A stretch of 64,000 bases of DNA. Origin: Paraspadella gotoi (lineage: Eukaryota; Animalia; Chaetognatha). Position numbers and translations under genes: made by a program. Where the stretch lies: NCBI GenBank assembly GCA_051294375.1, contig CM119265.1:1954267-2018266 (forward strand), read 5' to 3'. The stretch's first letter is position 1; each line of letters begins with the position of its first letter. Under the pieces are notes generated by a model. It was not told the DNA's origin. It made no database searches and saw only the letters and a list, made by a program, of their open reading frames with translations. Shown piece by piece: positions 13,047 through 24,795 of this stretch.

Positions 13047-16000
13047 GTCTCTTTCTCACAGAATGGCGTCGTTTTTGGGTCCGGAAATCACGGAAAATTT
13101 CTTCCTCCCTCGATTCACGAACCTCTGTTCGGATAATCTCTTCCACGTGCGAAAAGTCTGCGCCGCCAACATCGGTCAGTTTTTTTTTTTTTTAAGTCGA
13201 GCGAATCTCGTTGCGGATGAAGTGAATCGCCGTCGACAATATTTTAAAACACAACGCGAATCCCTCATTTCCTTCATCATGAATTTGGTACAACCAATAT
13301 AAAAATTATCCATTCGTTTAATAAATATTAAATAAGTTATCTTGCCCCTGACTTTGGACAGGCTTTTGTGGTTTAGGTTTTTTTTTCTTTTCCGCTTTCT
13401 CTTATAAACTTCTGTAAATCTGTATTCTATCATGTAGTTCTTCCCCACACAAGTGAGCATCTGCTCTGCAAACGCGACATCTCCCGAGAGAAAAACGAAG
13501 AGGAAAACTCCTCTTCCCCGCCTTCTCTTCCCCTCCCGTACGCTACCTCAGTACGCCGACACGAGACAGAATCACTTCTCTGTTCGCGCCTTTGCGCTCA
13601 CAGTCTCCCGGCTTTTTTACGAAAATATTTTTTGATTATTTTTTGTGAAATAATTTGCATATTTTTTCGTTTCTCTTTTTTTGGAGTTCAGAATACAGAT
13701 ATTCTTCACACGATGGCTTTTTTGAAGTTCTCTCTTCACGGCCGCCATCTTTTTCGTCTTCGTTGTGCGTGGCTTCGGAGGAAGAGCCTTGACTCGGCCC
13801 TTTCGCTTGCCCTCGACGCACCCTGCGGGCTGCGGAGGGAAGAGCCGCGACTCGGCCCTCTCGTTTGCCCTCGGCGCTTAGTACGGCTGCAGGGGGAAGA
13901 ACCTTGTTTCGGCCCCTTGTTTGTCCAGTGCTCTCCGTTTTTTGGACTGAGGCCGTGTTTTCAACTCGACTACCCTCATGTCTCTTCCGCCGCCTCCTTC
14001 GCCGCCGCCTCCACCGCCGCTCACCGCCTCCACCATCAGCCATTCCGGGCTTTTCTGGTCAGGCCGAAGTCATGCCCCTTCAGATGGAGGCAGTTCTGCT
14101 CCAAATTAGCAACGCTCTTTCTAGCGTTCGTCGCGAATTTAAGGAGTTTCGCCGCTCGTCTCGTTCCGAGTTGGAGAGTCTTCGGCGGTGAGTACTTCTT
14201 TCTTTCGTTTTTGTTTTTTCGCCTTTTTTTGGCGTACATTCGGCGTACAGAGGGGTTTTCCTCCTGTGCCCCACCTAACTCGACTTTGTTTGTTTGTTTT
14301 TTGTCGGGCCTTCGCCTGGTCTTGTTACAGGCTCACTTGTTGGTGGGGAAGAACTACATGATAGAATTTGTGGTTCCATATGGAACCGGGATTCTTCATG
14401 GTTCTTCCCACCAACAACCACCCACGTCCACCCCTGGCACCACCGGTGGTGGAGGCGGCTCAGGCTCGCTTGTCTTGTTTGGTGGGTTTTTTTGGGGTTC
14501 CTTTTTTTGAGACTGTCATTTTTCAATGATTTCTCTTTTTTTCCATGTACGTTTTCTTCATGGTTCTTGGATGCCTCTGTTCGCCATTTCGCCGTTCTTC
14601 GTCGATCTTCGTTTGTTCGCCAGCGACTTGGAGTCTTCGCGTTCTTTGGCGGCCTCTTCGGCGGCGGATCGGCCTTCACGCTCCGAGCGGGTGACTGCGT
14701 CACGCTTCCTCGTCGAGCCCGTCTGCGCAAGTCGACGACGACGCCTCCGTTTCCGGATCAGAGGAGGGTTCCTCCTCTGAGAGTCTGCTGCGGGTTTGAC
14801 AACTTCTTGTCTCGTCGTGCTTCTATACAGCCTTCGGAGTGGGTCCTGCAGCAGTGGAAGGATTTGCGCAGTTGGCCAGGACGACGTTCTTTTACCGTCG
14901 TGGACGTGCTTTCCGCCAATACGCGTTTTCGGCGCTGGTCGGATGTTTCTTCGCCGGCGGAGTTTCGTCCTCCTGCTCAAGAGAGTTGCCTTGCCGCTCA
15001 GTTCGACGCCGTTCGGAAGGACTCCAAGACGACGCGCGCTTTCAAGGCTTTTGAGCGCATCATGAGGGACGCCTGAGCGTCCGCTCATGCTGTCCTTTCT
15101 GTCGCTGACGCTCTCCGCCTCATGGTTGAGGCCCTACGCTCGGAGGGGCCCGGTGCAGTGGACGCAGGCCACCTTGACGATCTTGCCAGCCCCTTGGAGA
15201 CGCCTCGTCGGGTTTGGCGGCGATTTTTGGTTCTCTCCGCGTCTCGGCGCTTAGTTGTCGACGCTGCCCCTTCGGATCTCAAGACAGTTGTCCAGTTCTC
15301 CGCCCTCCACGTCGTTCTTTTTCGGAGACCGCTCCACAGACGTCACTCAAGCGTTCCATTCTTCGCTCTCCGCTCCGGGCGCCACACAATTGCGCCTGTT
15401 CTGCTAGCCGCAAGCGTGGGCGTGGCAGTCCGTGTAGTCCCGCTCGCCGTCCCTACCGGCCTCGCAAGTCTTCGCCGCCTCCCAAGCGTAGGGCGGGGCT
15501 CCAGGGACGTCTAAGGACGCCGACTGATCGCCCGACAGCTCTTTCGGCCGTTGCCTCGTCCGGCCTCAGGTTCTCCAGGCCCGGATTCGTCCATGGACTG
15601 GTTTTTTTGCGGTTTCTCATCCCCCCCTTCTACGACGTCCGGTCAAGTGGGCGTGGCACGTCACCGGAAGTCTTCGCGGGATTCCCCCTCTTGGTTTGCT
15701 TGGTTACGAGTGATTCTGTCTCGTGTCGGCGTACTGAGGTAGCGTACGGGAGGGGAAGAGAAGGCGGGGAAGAGGATTTTCCTCTCGTTTTTCTCTCGGG
15801 AGATGTCGCGTTTGCAGAGCAGATGCTCACTTGTTGGTGGGGAAGAACCATGAAGAATCCGGTTCCATATGGAACCACAAATTCCGTTTTTTCTTATCGA
15901 TATTCCCCCCATCCCTCTTTCCCATATTCCTTTTTTCCGCCTCATTCCTATTTCCCCATTCCCTTTTCCCCACTTTTACTATTCCCCCCCCCTCCGCCCC

Positions 16001-19000
16001 CTTTCTCCGTTCTTTTCTCTCCTCTCTTTTTTACCCCACCCCCCATCTTCCCAGGCGACATGTGCAGCGTGGTGGGACGCGGTGCCACCGAAGAGTATCT
16101 TCTCCCCAAATTCTTCTACCTCTGCGAAGACGGAGTGTGGGGCGTGAGGAAGGCCTGCGCTGAGTGCTACATGAGCGTCTCCACGGCGTGTTCTCAGGGA
16201 AGGCGTCAAACGCAACTGGCGCCCATGTTCGTCAACCTGCTCTGCGATCAATCCAGGCAAGAGGCGCGAGGGCATTCCGGGAAAAGGATGTGAATGCGTC
16301 GCTTAAGTCTCATTTCTTTTTCTTTTTTCTTTTTCTTTTCCTTTTTCTTTTCCTTTTCCTTTTTCTCATATCTTTTTCTTCTGGAAACGTTTACTCAAGC
16401 TTCTCCATTGTCTGTCATCTGGCAGACTCTTCCTCTCTCATCTCTCACAGGGTTTTGTCTCACCGTATTTTTTCTACTCCTTTTTCAATAATCTTACATG
16501 AGCCAGTTTAAAATATACAATGTCGCCTTGTCACTAGCCACTAACTTTAAGTGTTATAGGGGAGCGTTTTACTTCAGTGTTGTATGGTTACTTTGTTGTC
16601 CTGGAGGTTGACTCTGATGTTTAGTTGTTTTACTCTTGATGGCGCGGTGATGTTGTCCTCTGATGTTGATGTCTTATTATTTATTGTTTTCCTCATTTCC
16701 TCCCCAGGTGGGTCCGCATGGCGGCCTTCCAACAACTCGGTCCCTTCATCTCCACCTTCGCCGAATCCGAGGAGCGAATAACGGAGAACGAGGACAGCAG
16801 CATCATGAGTCAAGCGGACGAAATGCTCGGCGGCGCAGCAGCCAAGCCCGCCGCAAACTCCACCTCCGACGCGACGACGCCGCTCGTTGCCAACGCCACG
16901 CAACTGGCGAATTCATCCGCTCCATCCTCAGCGGCGACATCGAGTCACCCCGCCGCTCCGCCAGTCCCCGCCTCCGCCGCGCCGCCGCCGCCCGCGCCGC
17001 CGACTTCCTCGTCGGTCACCATCGAGATTGAACCCGCCGACGCCGCCGAATCCACGCCGACCAACTTTTCCTCGGTTGCCATGGAGATCGACGCGGCGTC
17101 GACGCCCGACCCCGCCCACTCAGACTCGGACGTCTCCTCGGAGGAGCGAAGAGCGGCTTGGTTCCTTTGTATCCGAGAATCGTCCGGCGAACCGGCGCCG
17201 ACGCATCCGTGCGGCGTCGTCACGGCGTCCATCGCACAAACCTCCCTCGAATCAATCAATCCCGCCGAGCCGGAGACGTTGACGACGACAACCACCACAA
17301 CAACGACGACGACGACGACGACTCCGTCCATGGAAGATGACTTCAACAACTTCAACTACTGGTACATCCCTCCGCCAGCGATCGAGGATCTTGCGGCGGC
17401 GGCGACGACGATCCTTTCCCCTTCGATTCCTCGACCGACGGGATTCTTGGATGGAATCATCGGCGCCGAAAATGGAACGATAGAGGGCGTGGAGAGGCTC
17501 ACCATTGAAGAGGCCAAGGAAGAGGAGGAGGCGAGAGTTTGGGACGAGCGGGAGGAAGAGATTCCCGAAAATCTTAAGGCGAGTTAAGGGAGAGGGAAAT
17601 AATAAAAATAATAATAATAATAGAAATAATAATAAAAATAATAAAAAATAAAATGGTAAAAGCGTTTAGAAATTAACCGTTTGTTAAGGAATGAGGTTAT
17701 CTTGTCTCATGGAAGGTTCCATCCGTTTTATTTTAAACCGTTTAGTTTTAATTTTAACCGATTATAAGCTGAATGAATAAACGAGAACTGGGCTGAACTG
17801 CAAGCTTTCAATTTCGTAGCCTCGTCCTTGGTTTCCTTATTTGAGATTGTCAGTTTAATAATAATTAAGCAAATAGTAAATAATATATTTGACTAGTATT
17901 TGGTGTGTTTTCCAGGATCCTCCCTTAGCTATGTCTTCGCCGGACAAGGCCGACGAGTCGACGACGACGAGCGACGCGAAAGAGATGATCGTCCACGATC
18001 CCGCCGCTCACTTATTCGCCGGTAAATCTTTTGAGATCCACGGCGATTAAAATGTCAACGTTCGAGACAAAGACCCATCGTGTCTCTCTCTCTCTCCCCC
18101 CCCCCCCTTGGCCACTTCCAGACGACGACGACGACGACGGGGAACCCCCTCTCCTCCTCGTCTCACCTCAGGACGACGGCCTGACCTCTCGACGGGGCGG
18201 GGCGCTCGGCTCTTACCTCGACCCTCTCACCGAAGAGGGCGAGGAGAGGGGACGGGAGGCGGAGGCGTTGGTGTTTCAGCCGCGGCAGGTGAATAGAAAG
18301 ACGAAGGAAATGATGTAACAAAGATGAAGATAAAATGAATCCAAGACGAAGGAAATGATGTAACAAAGATGAAGATAAAATGAATCGAAGACGAAGGAAA
18401 TGATGTAACAAAGATGAAGAAAAAATGAATCAAAGAGGATGTATTCGGCGATAAACTTTTTCGACTCGTTTCCACAGAACGTCGTCCCGTCAGACTTGTT
18501 GGATTATTTCCTCTCGATGGCGGATCCCGCCAAAGTTCAGGTTGGTTTGCGAGTTTTCGATTTGATTTGCGTTTTTGAGTCTCATGATTCGTTAACATAT
18601 ATCGCAGCATTCTCTATTGGGGTCGGGTTGAGTAATCTTTTTTGTCGGTCGCCAGTAGTTGATATTATCTGAGAAGTAATTTAATTAAGTGGGAATTTAG
18701 GTGAGAAAATGACCATTTTGTGATGGAGACAATATCGTGGACAATCTGTAAATTCGTAAAATTTCTAATTTCGTTGTTATATCAATTCTACGCAAGCAGA
18801 AAGTTGTAATTCGATTTTCTTCGGGTTTTGTAGGTTTTGTTCAATTGCGAAAGCAATTTGTACAGACATGGAAAATATGATATTCAAGGCGGAAATTTAA
18901 GAATTCAAACTGGCGAAGATGGTTCTCGTAAAATTCTCAATCCTTTTCCCGTCAGACCGTGGACACTGAGTTGACGCGCCACTGCGCCTTCTCCATCCCA

Positions 19001-20695
19001 GCCGTCGCCCTCACTCTCGGTCGCAAGAACTGGGGTTGCCTGAAGGAGATCTACGAGACGCTGGCCTCCGACATGCAATGGAAGGTCCGCTACACGCTCG
19101 CCTGCTCCTTCCACGAGATGTCCAAGATCATGGGGCAGGACATCACGACGAGGGATCTCCTCCCGGTCTTCGACGGATTCCTCAAAGATCTCGACGAAGT
19201 CCGCATCGGGATCCTCAAACATCTCGCCGACTTTTTCGAGCTGCTGCTGCCCAAGGACAAGAAGACGGTAAAGGCGAAGGACGATGGGAGGAGGAAACCG
19301 AGCTTTTCTCAGAAATTTTCATTTTTTTTTCATTTTTGGACAGTATTTGCGACGAATTCGCGATTTCATGAACTGCGACAATCAACGGAATTGGCGATTT
19401 CGTTTGGAACTGGCGAACCAGGTGAGACGTTCTGCGGTCTAAACTGTCATCGGCAGCGCCGCCGCCTTCGCCGCTTCCGCCGCCGCAGGAATTAAACCCC
19501 GCCTTTTCTCCTTTATCCACCTTTCGCTTTCAGCTGTCGCCGCTGGCTTCTTTGTTCGAACCGCGAGACGTCGCCGACCACATCCTTCCCATCGCCTTCG
19601 AGCTTTCCTTCGACCGCGTCGCCAAGGTCAGCATTTTTCGATCTCAACTACGTTATAATTATTATATTATTATTATTATATTATAATTTCTAAGTTTAAT
19701 GATTTTCCGTTGCTAATTTTTCTTTTGTTCCTTTCTTCTCTTTATCTCCATTCCTGGCTTGTTTTCTTCTCCTTGCCGTTTTACTCCTCCTTCCCTCCTC
19801 ATTTTCTTCCCATTCTCCATCCCTTCCTTCCTTCCCCTTTCCTTCCCTTCCTTTCTTCCCCCCCCAACCCAGGTTCGCTTCTCCTCCTTCCGCGCGATGT
19901 GCGCATGCGCCAAATCTTTCGAGTTCGGTGTCCCCGCTCCCAACTCCGCCCATTCAACCACGGAATCGCACGACGCCACTCCCTCTCCCACGAGGTACAC
20001 TTCTTACTAATATTTATATTTATTTTTAGTTCTTTTAACTTCTTCTCTCTTTCAGTTTTGCGCCGATTCCCGGGGACGAGTCACTCGTCAAGTCATTTCT
20101 CTCTTCTCTCATCACGAGATTTTCCACTTCGTCCAAGTGGCTCGATCGACAGGTTCGCCGCATTTTATATTTGTCATTTGACTTTTGATCTAACCATTGT
20201 CTTTATCTCACTCTTTCCTATTTTCTCCCTTACTTTTCTTATTTCCTCCTTTTCCCGCCCTTTTCAGGCCTTCACCGTGGTTTCCGGCATGCTCCTGGCG
20301 CAAGAGGCGGTGACTCAGCAACACTTTGACGAATACCTCCTTCTGCCTCTTTGCCAATTGCAAATGGACACGGTGGCCAACGTGCGACTCACCTTGGCTC
20401 GAACTCTGGCCACTCACGTCATCACCAAACCTCACTTCAGCAGCGAAGCCTCGCGACTACGCTGCATCTACGGCGTCGAGTTGCAGCAGGTAAGTTCCAT
20501 CCATCCATTCAATCCTTCCTTCATTCATCCTACCATCCCTCCATCCATGCCCCGATCCAGGCGCTGGACACTCTCCGTCAAGACTCGGACATCGACGTCC
20601 GTTTCTGCGCTGAAGGGGGCTTCAAGAGCGACGGGGAGATGCGGGCGGGAAGCGACGACGAGGGCGAACAGTTCCTCAGCCCAGAGTACCACTGA
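10641..20695 (+). CDS. PPP4R1: Serine/threonine-protein phosphatase 4 regulatory subunit 1 (HEAT repeats), multi-exon
   Basis: DSEPMVRAELMEQIPHIA, LCEDGVWGVRKACAE, SR|WVRMAAFQQLGPFISTFA, HCAFSIPAVALTLGRKNW, ASDMQWKVR, KDLDEVRIGILKHL. Confidence 0.95.
13279..13376 (+). repeat. Intronic repeat family; other copies at ~29424-29590, ~30113-30195, ~30533-30680, and inverted pieces at ~7445-7505 and ~25895-25945
   Basis: Shared ACAACCAATATAAAAATTATCCATTC...TATCTTGCCCCTGACTTTGGACAGGCTTT; downstream AACATAGCAGG...GCAAGCTTTCA in the longer copies. Confidence 0.8.
13424..15884 (+). mobile_element. Non-autonomous DIRS1-like retrotransposon in a PPP4R1 intron (ITRs, ICR, degenerate gag only)
   Basis: About 150-bp inverted terminal repeats at 13425-13576 and 15709-15857; right extension 15858-15884; internal complementary region 14331-14417 matching both termini; ATTC at both ends; decayed gag-like coding on +. 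Confidence 0.88.
18298..18432. repeat. ~44-bp tandem repeat x3 in PPP4R1 intron
   Basis: AAGACGAAGGAAATGATGTAACAAAGATGAAGATAAAATGAATC repeated. Confidence 0.9.
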
Positions 20696-22009
20696 ACGGG
20701 ATGGTACAGTTCCCTCGTCCCACAGTTCTCCTTTCCGAGCAGACGCCCACAGTTTCTCACCTCGAAAGATTTTTTCGCTGCGGAGCTGCGGCGCTGGGGC
20801 GCGACAAACTCTGGCGGCGAGAAAGAGAAACTCATTCCCGCGTTTGTGGCGAAACAAACTGGAAAACCAATTTCCTTGTTTTTTTCTTCGACGAAACGAA
20901 ACTTTGCGCAATTAATCCGTATGAAACAAGTATTATATATATATATATACGTATTTTTGTTTTTTAATTTTAGCAAATTAAATAAGATAAGGATAAAAAA
21001 ATTGTTTAGTAAATATTAAAAAAAAAGCTAAAATGACAATTGATTAAGAAAAACATTTTTTGAAATAATATTTAATATTTATTTCGATTTATGTCAAAAT
21101 TTGCGTTTAATTTTTATATAATATTATTTGTGTGCAAGTGCTGTTAAAATTTGTGTTCAACTTTTAGGTCCAATTAAAATCTTTGGGTTCACGCGTTTCC
21201 ATTTATTTTTCATTTCTTAAATTTTCTTTCCCGCTAACCTCTCCCTAATTATTTACATTCCTCCGAGAGAGCGAGTCATCCAGTCATTTTGTGTTGTTGT
21301 TGTTTTTGTTCTTTTGTCGAGTTTTCCGAGGGCGGGATACATTTTCCATCATCGCTTTTCCTTGACGAATGAGGAATTGATGATCGCTTTGCAATCGTAT
21401 CCCCCGCGTTTCTTATCATCGTCTTGGAGTCGCGTCTTCCATCTTCGCCTCTTCGTTAAGTCATGCGGCGATCGTCTTTGCTTCCTTTAATCATGCGGCG
21501 ATCGTCTCCGCTCTTTAGTTATTTGGTAATCGTCTTTGTTCTCATATGCGGCGTTCAGTCTAGTCACCATCATTTTTGCTTTTGTCTTCTTTACTCGTAT
21601 AGCAACATCTATATTTATACGATTGCCGAATGACTAAAGGAAAAAGGATTGTTGTATGGCTGAAACTAAAAACAATCCCTGTCCGGTAATCTCCTAACTG
21701 ACGCGGTGTTTATTATTACTTTTAGTCATAATGCACTTGTTTTTGTTATCATTGGTTATGCAACAGCTACGTATTGTCATGTAGCGATCGTCTTCGCCAC
21801 CCGCGATCTTCGTCTCCCTCGTGTCATGCGGCGATCGTCTCGACCACCTTCAGTCAGGTGGCGCTGATTTTCGTCCCTGTACTTAGCTAGCGACTACAAA
21901 AATCGTCCCAATCTCAACAAACTGATTCGTTTTTTCTTTATTTTTTCTTTATCTCTGCAGATGCAAATTGAACAAAAGAATAAAGGTTCTTTCTGACTAA
22001 TACTAAACA

Positions 22010-23581
22010 ATGGCGGGTTCCTCTTTCTTCCAACAAATAAACTCCCTCCTCTACCGCAACCTGCTGTTGAAGCGCAAAAACTTTCGCCAGTTGCTGGAGG
22101 AGATTTTTATCCCCATCATCGTCGCCGCCTCCTTCTCGGCCTTCAGCTTCAAACTCACCCAAAATGAGTCGCTGGAGAAGAGAGTAGCCTTTCCAGAGTA
22201 TCGGTTTAAGGGTAAGAGAGAGAGCGATAGAGATGAAGAAGAAAAAAGAGAGAGAGAATAAGAAAGTAAGAGACAGAGAAAGAAAAAAGCTTCAAGCATT
22301 GAGCAATTCAACAGACATTTTCTTTTCTTTTTTTTTTTTTTTTTTTTTTTTGCTTTTCCCCACCTTCATTTCTTGGGGGAAAAAAAAGCAGACCCCCGCT
22401 TTCTCCCGTCCCCTCTCCCTTATCCTCTCCCCCTCTAATCCCACCACCCTCTTCCTCGCCTCCTTCCTTCGCCATCGTCTCCCCTTTTCTTCCGTGGAGG
22501 TGAAGCCGAACGCGTCGTCGATGGAGGAAGCGTTCGATGCTGATCCCGACGCGTTTTACGGTGGCGTCGCTTTCCAGTTCGAGGCGGGAGGTGAGTACAC
22601 CGAGTAGTCGGGCCATGTTAGAGGTGTTCGATGCTGATCATGATGCGTTTTCAGTTTGTGGATGAAGGTTGGAAAGGGAGAGAGATGGAGAAAGCTTTTG
22701 TACTGATTCTCCTTTTTTTTCTTCATCCCGTCTCTTCTCCCCCCTTTCCCTCCCTCTGCCATTTCTCTTTCTACCTTCCTCCTCCGACTTTCCTTCTCCA
22801 ACCTTCCTCCTCCGTTTCAGAACCCAAGTACCGCGTCAAGTACGAAATCCGTCTTCCTTACGAACGCGCGCCCAAACACTCTTCCTTTAGTTCCAGTCGT
22901 CATTGTCACGATGCCTCGGGTCTTCATCGCGGGTAAGGCCACTTGGAGATCCTCTTCATTACTCTCCCAAACCTTATCAATCTCTCCTTCTCCAGCTGCA
23001 TCGCGCATTCGTATCTTCTCTCTGGCTTCGCCTTTCTCCAAGCAACCGTCGACGAAGGACTGCTGCGACTGTGGGACTCGAATTCCTCGTCGCTGCCGTC
23101 GGCCGCCGAGTGGCTCGTCCAGATGCTCCCGAGGGAGATCGCGTCGCGCTCTTACCAGAGTCATCACGACGTTAAAGTGAGGCAGTTGAAAGAATTCACT
23201 GGTAACATTTATTTGTTTATTTAATCAACTATTTATATTGATTTATTCGGTAACTAAGTATTTAATGTCTCCACCAGGATTACGTGAAAGCGTTTTCATT
23301 CCCAATTTTTCTGCCTTTCGTCTTCTACAGCCTCATCACTTCGCTGACCATCGGCTTGGTCGCCGAAAAGGTGAGACGGAGCTCTGACTCTTTTCAATTT
23401 TAACTCAATATTAATTTTATTTTAAATAAAAAATTCAGGAGAAAGGCCTGAAAAAGTCTCTCCGCCTGATGGGCATGTCAGAGTCGGCCTACTGGATCGC
23501 CTGGTTCATCGTCTATCTCATCGTCTGCGTCGTCGTCGTCGGTGTCGTCGTCGCCGTTTTTCGAATCGGAAGCCTTTTGAA

Positions 23582-23641
<60 letters not shown>

Positions 23642-24249
23642 TGAGTGAGATAGTCTGTCGCGTTGGTTCGATTTCTACTTTTGCTTTCGATTTATAATTT
23701 TCAATGTTTCGCTTATTTTTCTTTTCTTTTCATTCTCTCATTTTCCTGCACTCAACGTTTCATCTTCTTCTTCTTCTTCTTTTCCTCCTCTCAGCCTCAT
23801 TCCTCTTACCTCCTCTTCTTCCTCCTCCTCCTCCTCTTCTCGCTCTCCTGCGTCACCTTTTCTTTCCTCGTCTCTTCCTTCTTCAAAGAGACGAAGTCGG
23901 CCGGCATCACCGCCGCCGCTTTTCTCGTCCTCTTTCCCTTCGTCTATCTCGCCGTCAAGTATAGGTCAGAAGGTCGAGGGTTCGAAAACCGAAGGGGGGC
24001 TCACGTTTTTTTTTTCTTCCGCAAATGTTACTGGGATCCATTGTATTCAGCCTCCGAAACGAATTTATTGTGGGCAACGATTTGAGAAGTGTTTTATTAA
24101 TATATTTATTAATATATATATATGTTGGCAACGAATTGAGAAGATTTTTAGAGCAAGATATGACTTTCGAGGAACAAAAACAGATGAAGAAAAAAAATGA
24201 GCCTTTGCCGTATAACGGTGAAACTAGGTTTTGAAACGAATCGTAACGT

Positions 24250-24307
<58 letters not shown>

Positions 24308-24763
24308 CTATAGAGAGGGAGAGTTGTTGACGCGTTTCGTATTATCTGCAGCCACATTATTAAACTTTCGCTTTCATCCCCCGACGATTTAAACAATTAC
24401 GAGTTACAATTACAATTACGCTCACTTATACATCCCTCGCTCTTACCTTTGATATCCAACCAGGAGCCTGAAAGAGAAGAACGGTGGAGCCATTCAATTC
24501 TGGCTTTCAGGTCTCCTCTCTCCAGTCGCCTTCTCTCAACTTCTCGAGACGGCCTTCGATCTTGATCTCAGCAGCGGTAAAGGATTGCATTTGATTGGTC
24601 TCGACTCTGGTGGCGGGAAGGGATATGATTGGCCGGTGAATCTATTAGTTGGAATATTTCTATAGCGTTATTGGATGGGGGAAAATTTAAAAAGACCACG
24701 TCGAAGGAACATCGGATCGGATCGGATCGGCCGATACCGATAATGATGATGATGATGATGATA

Positions 24764-24795
<32 letters not shown>

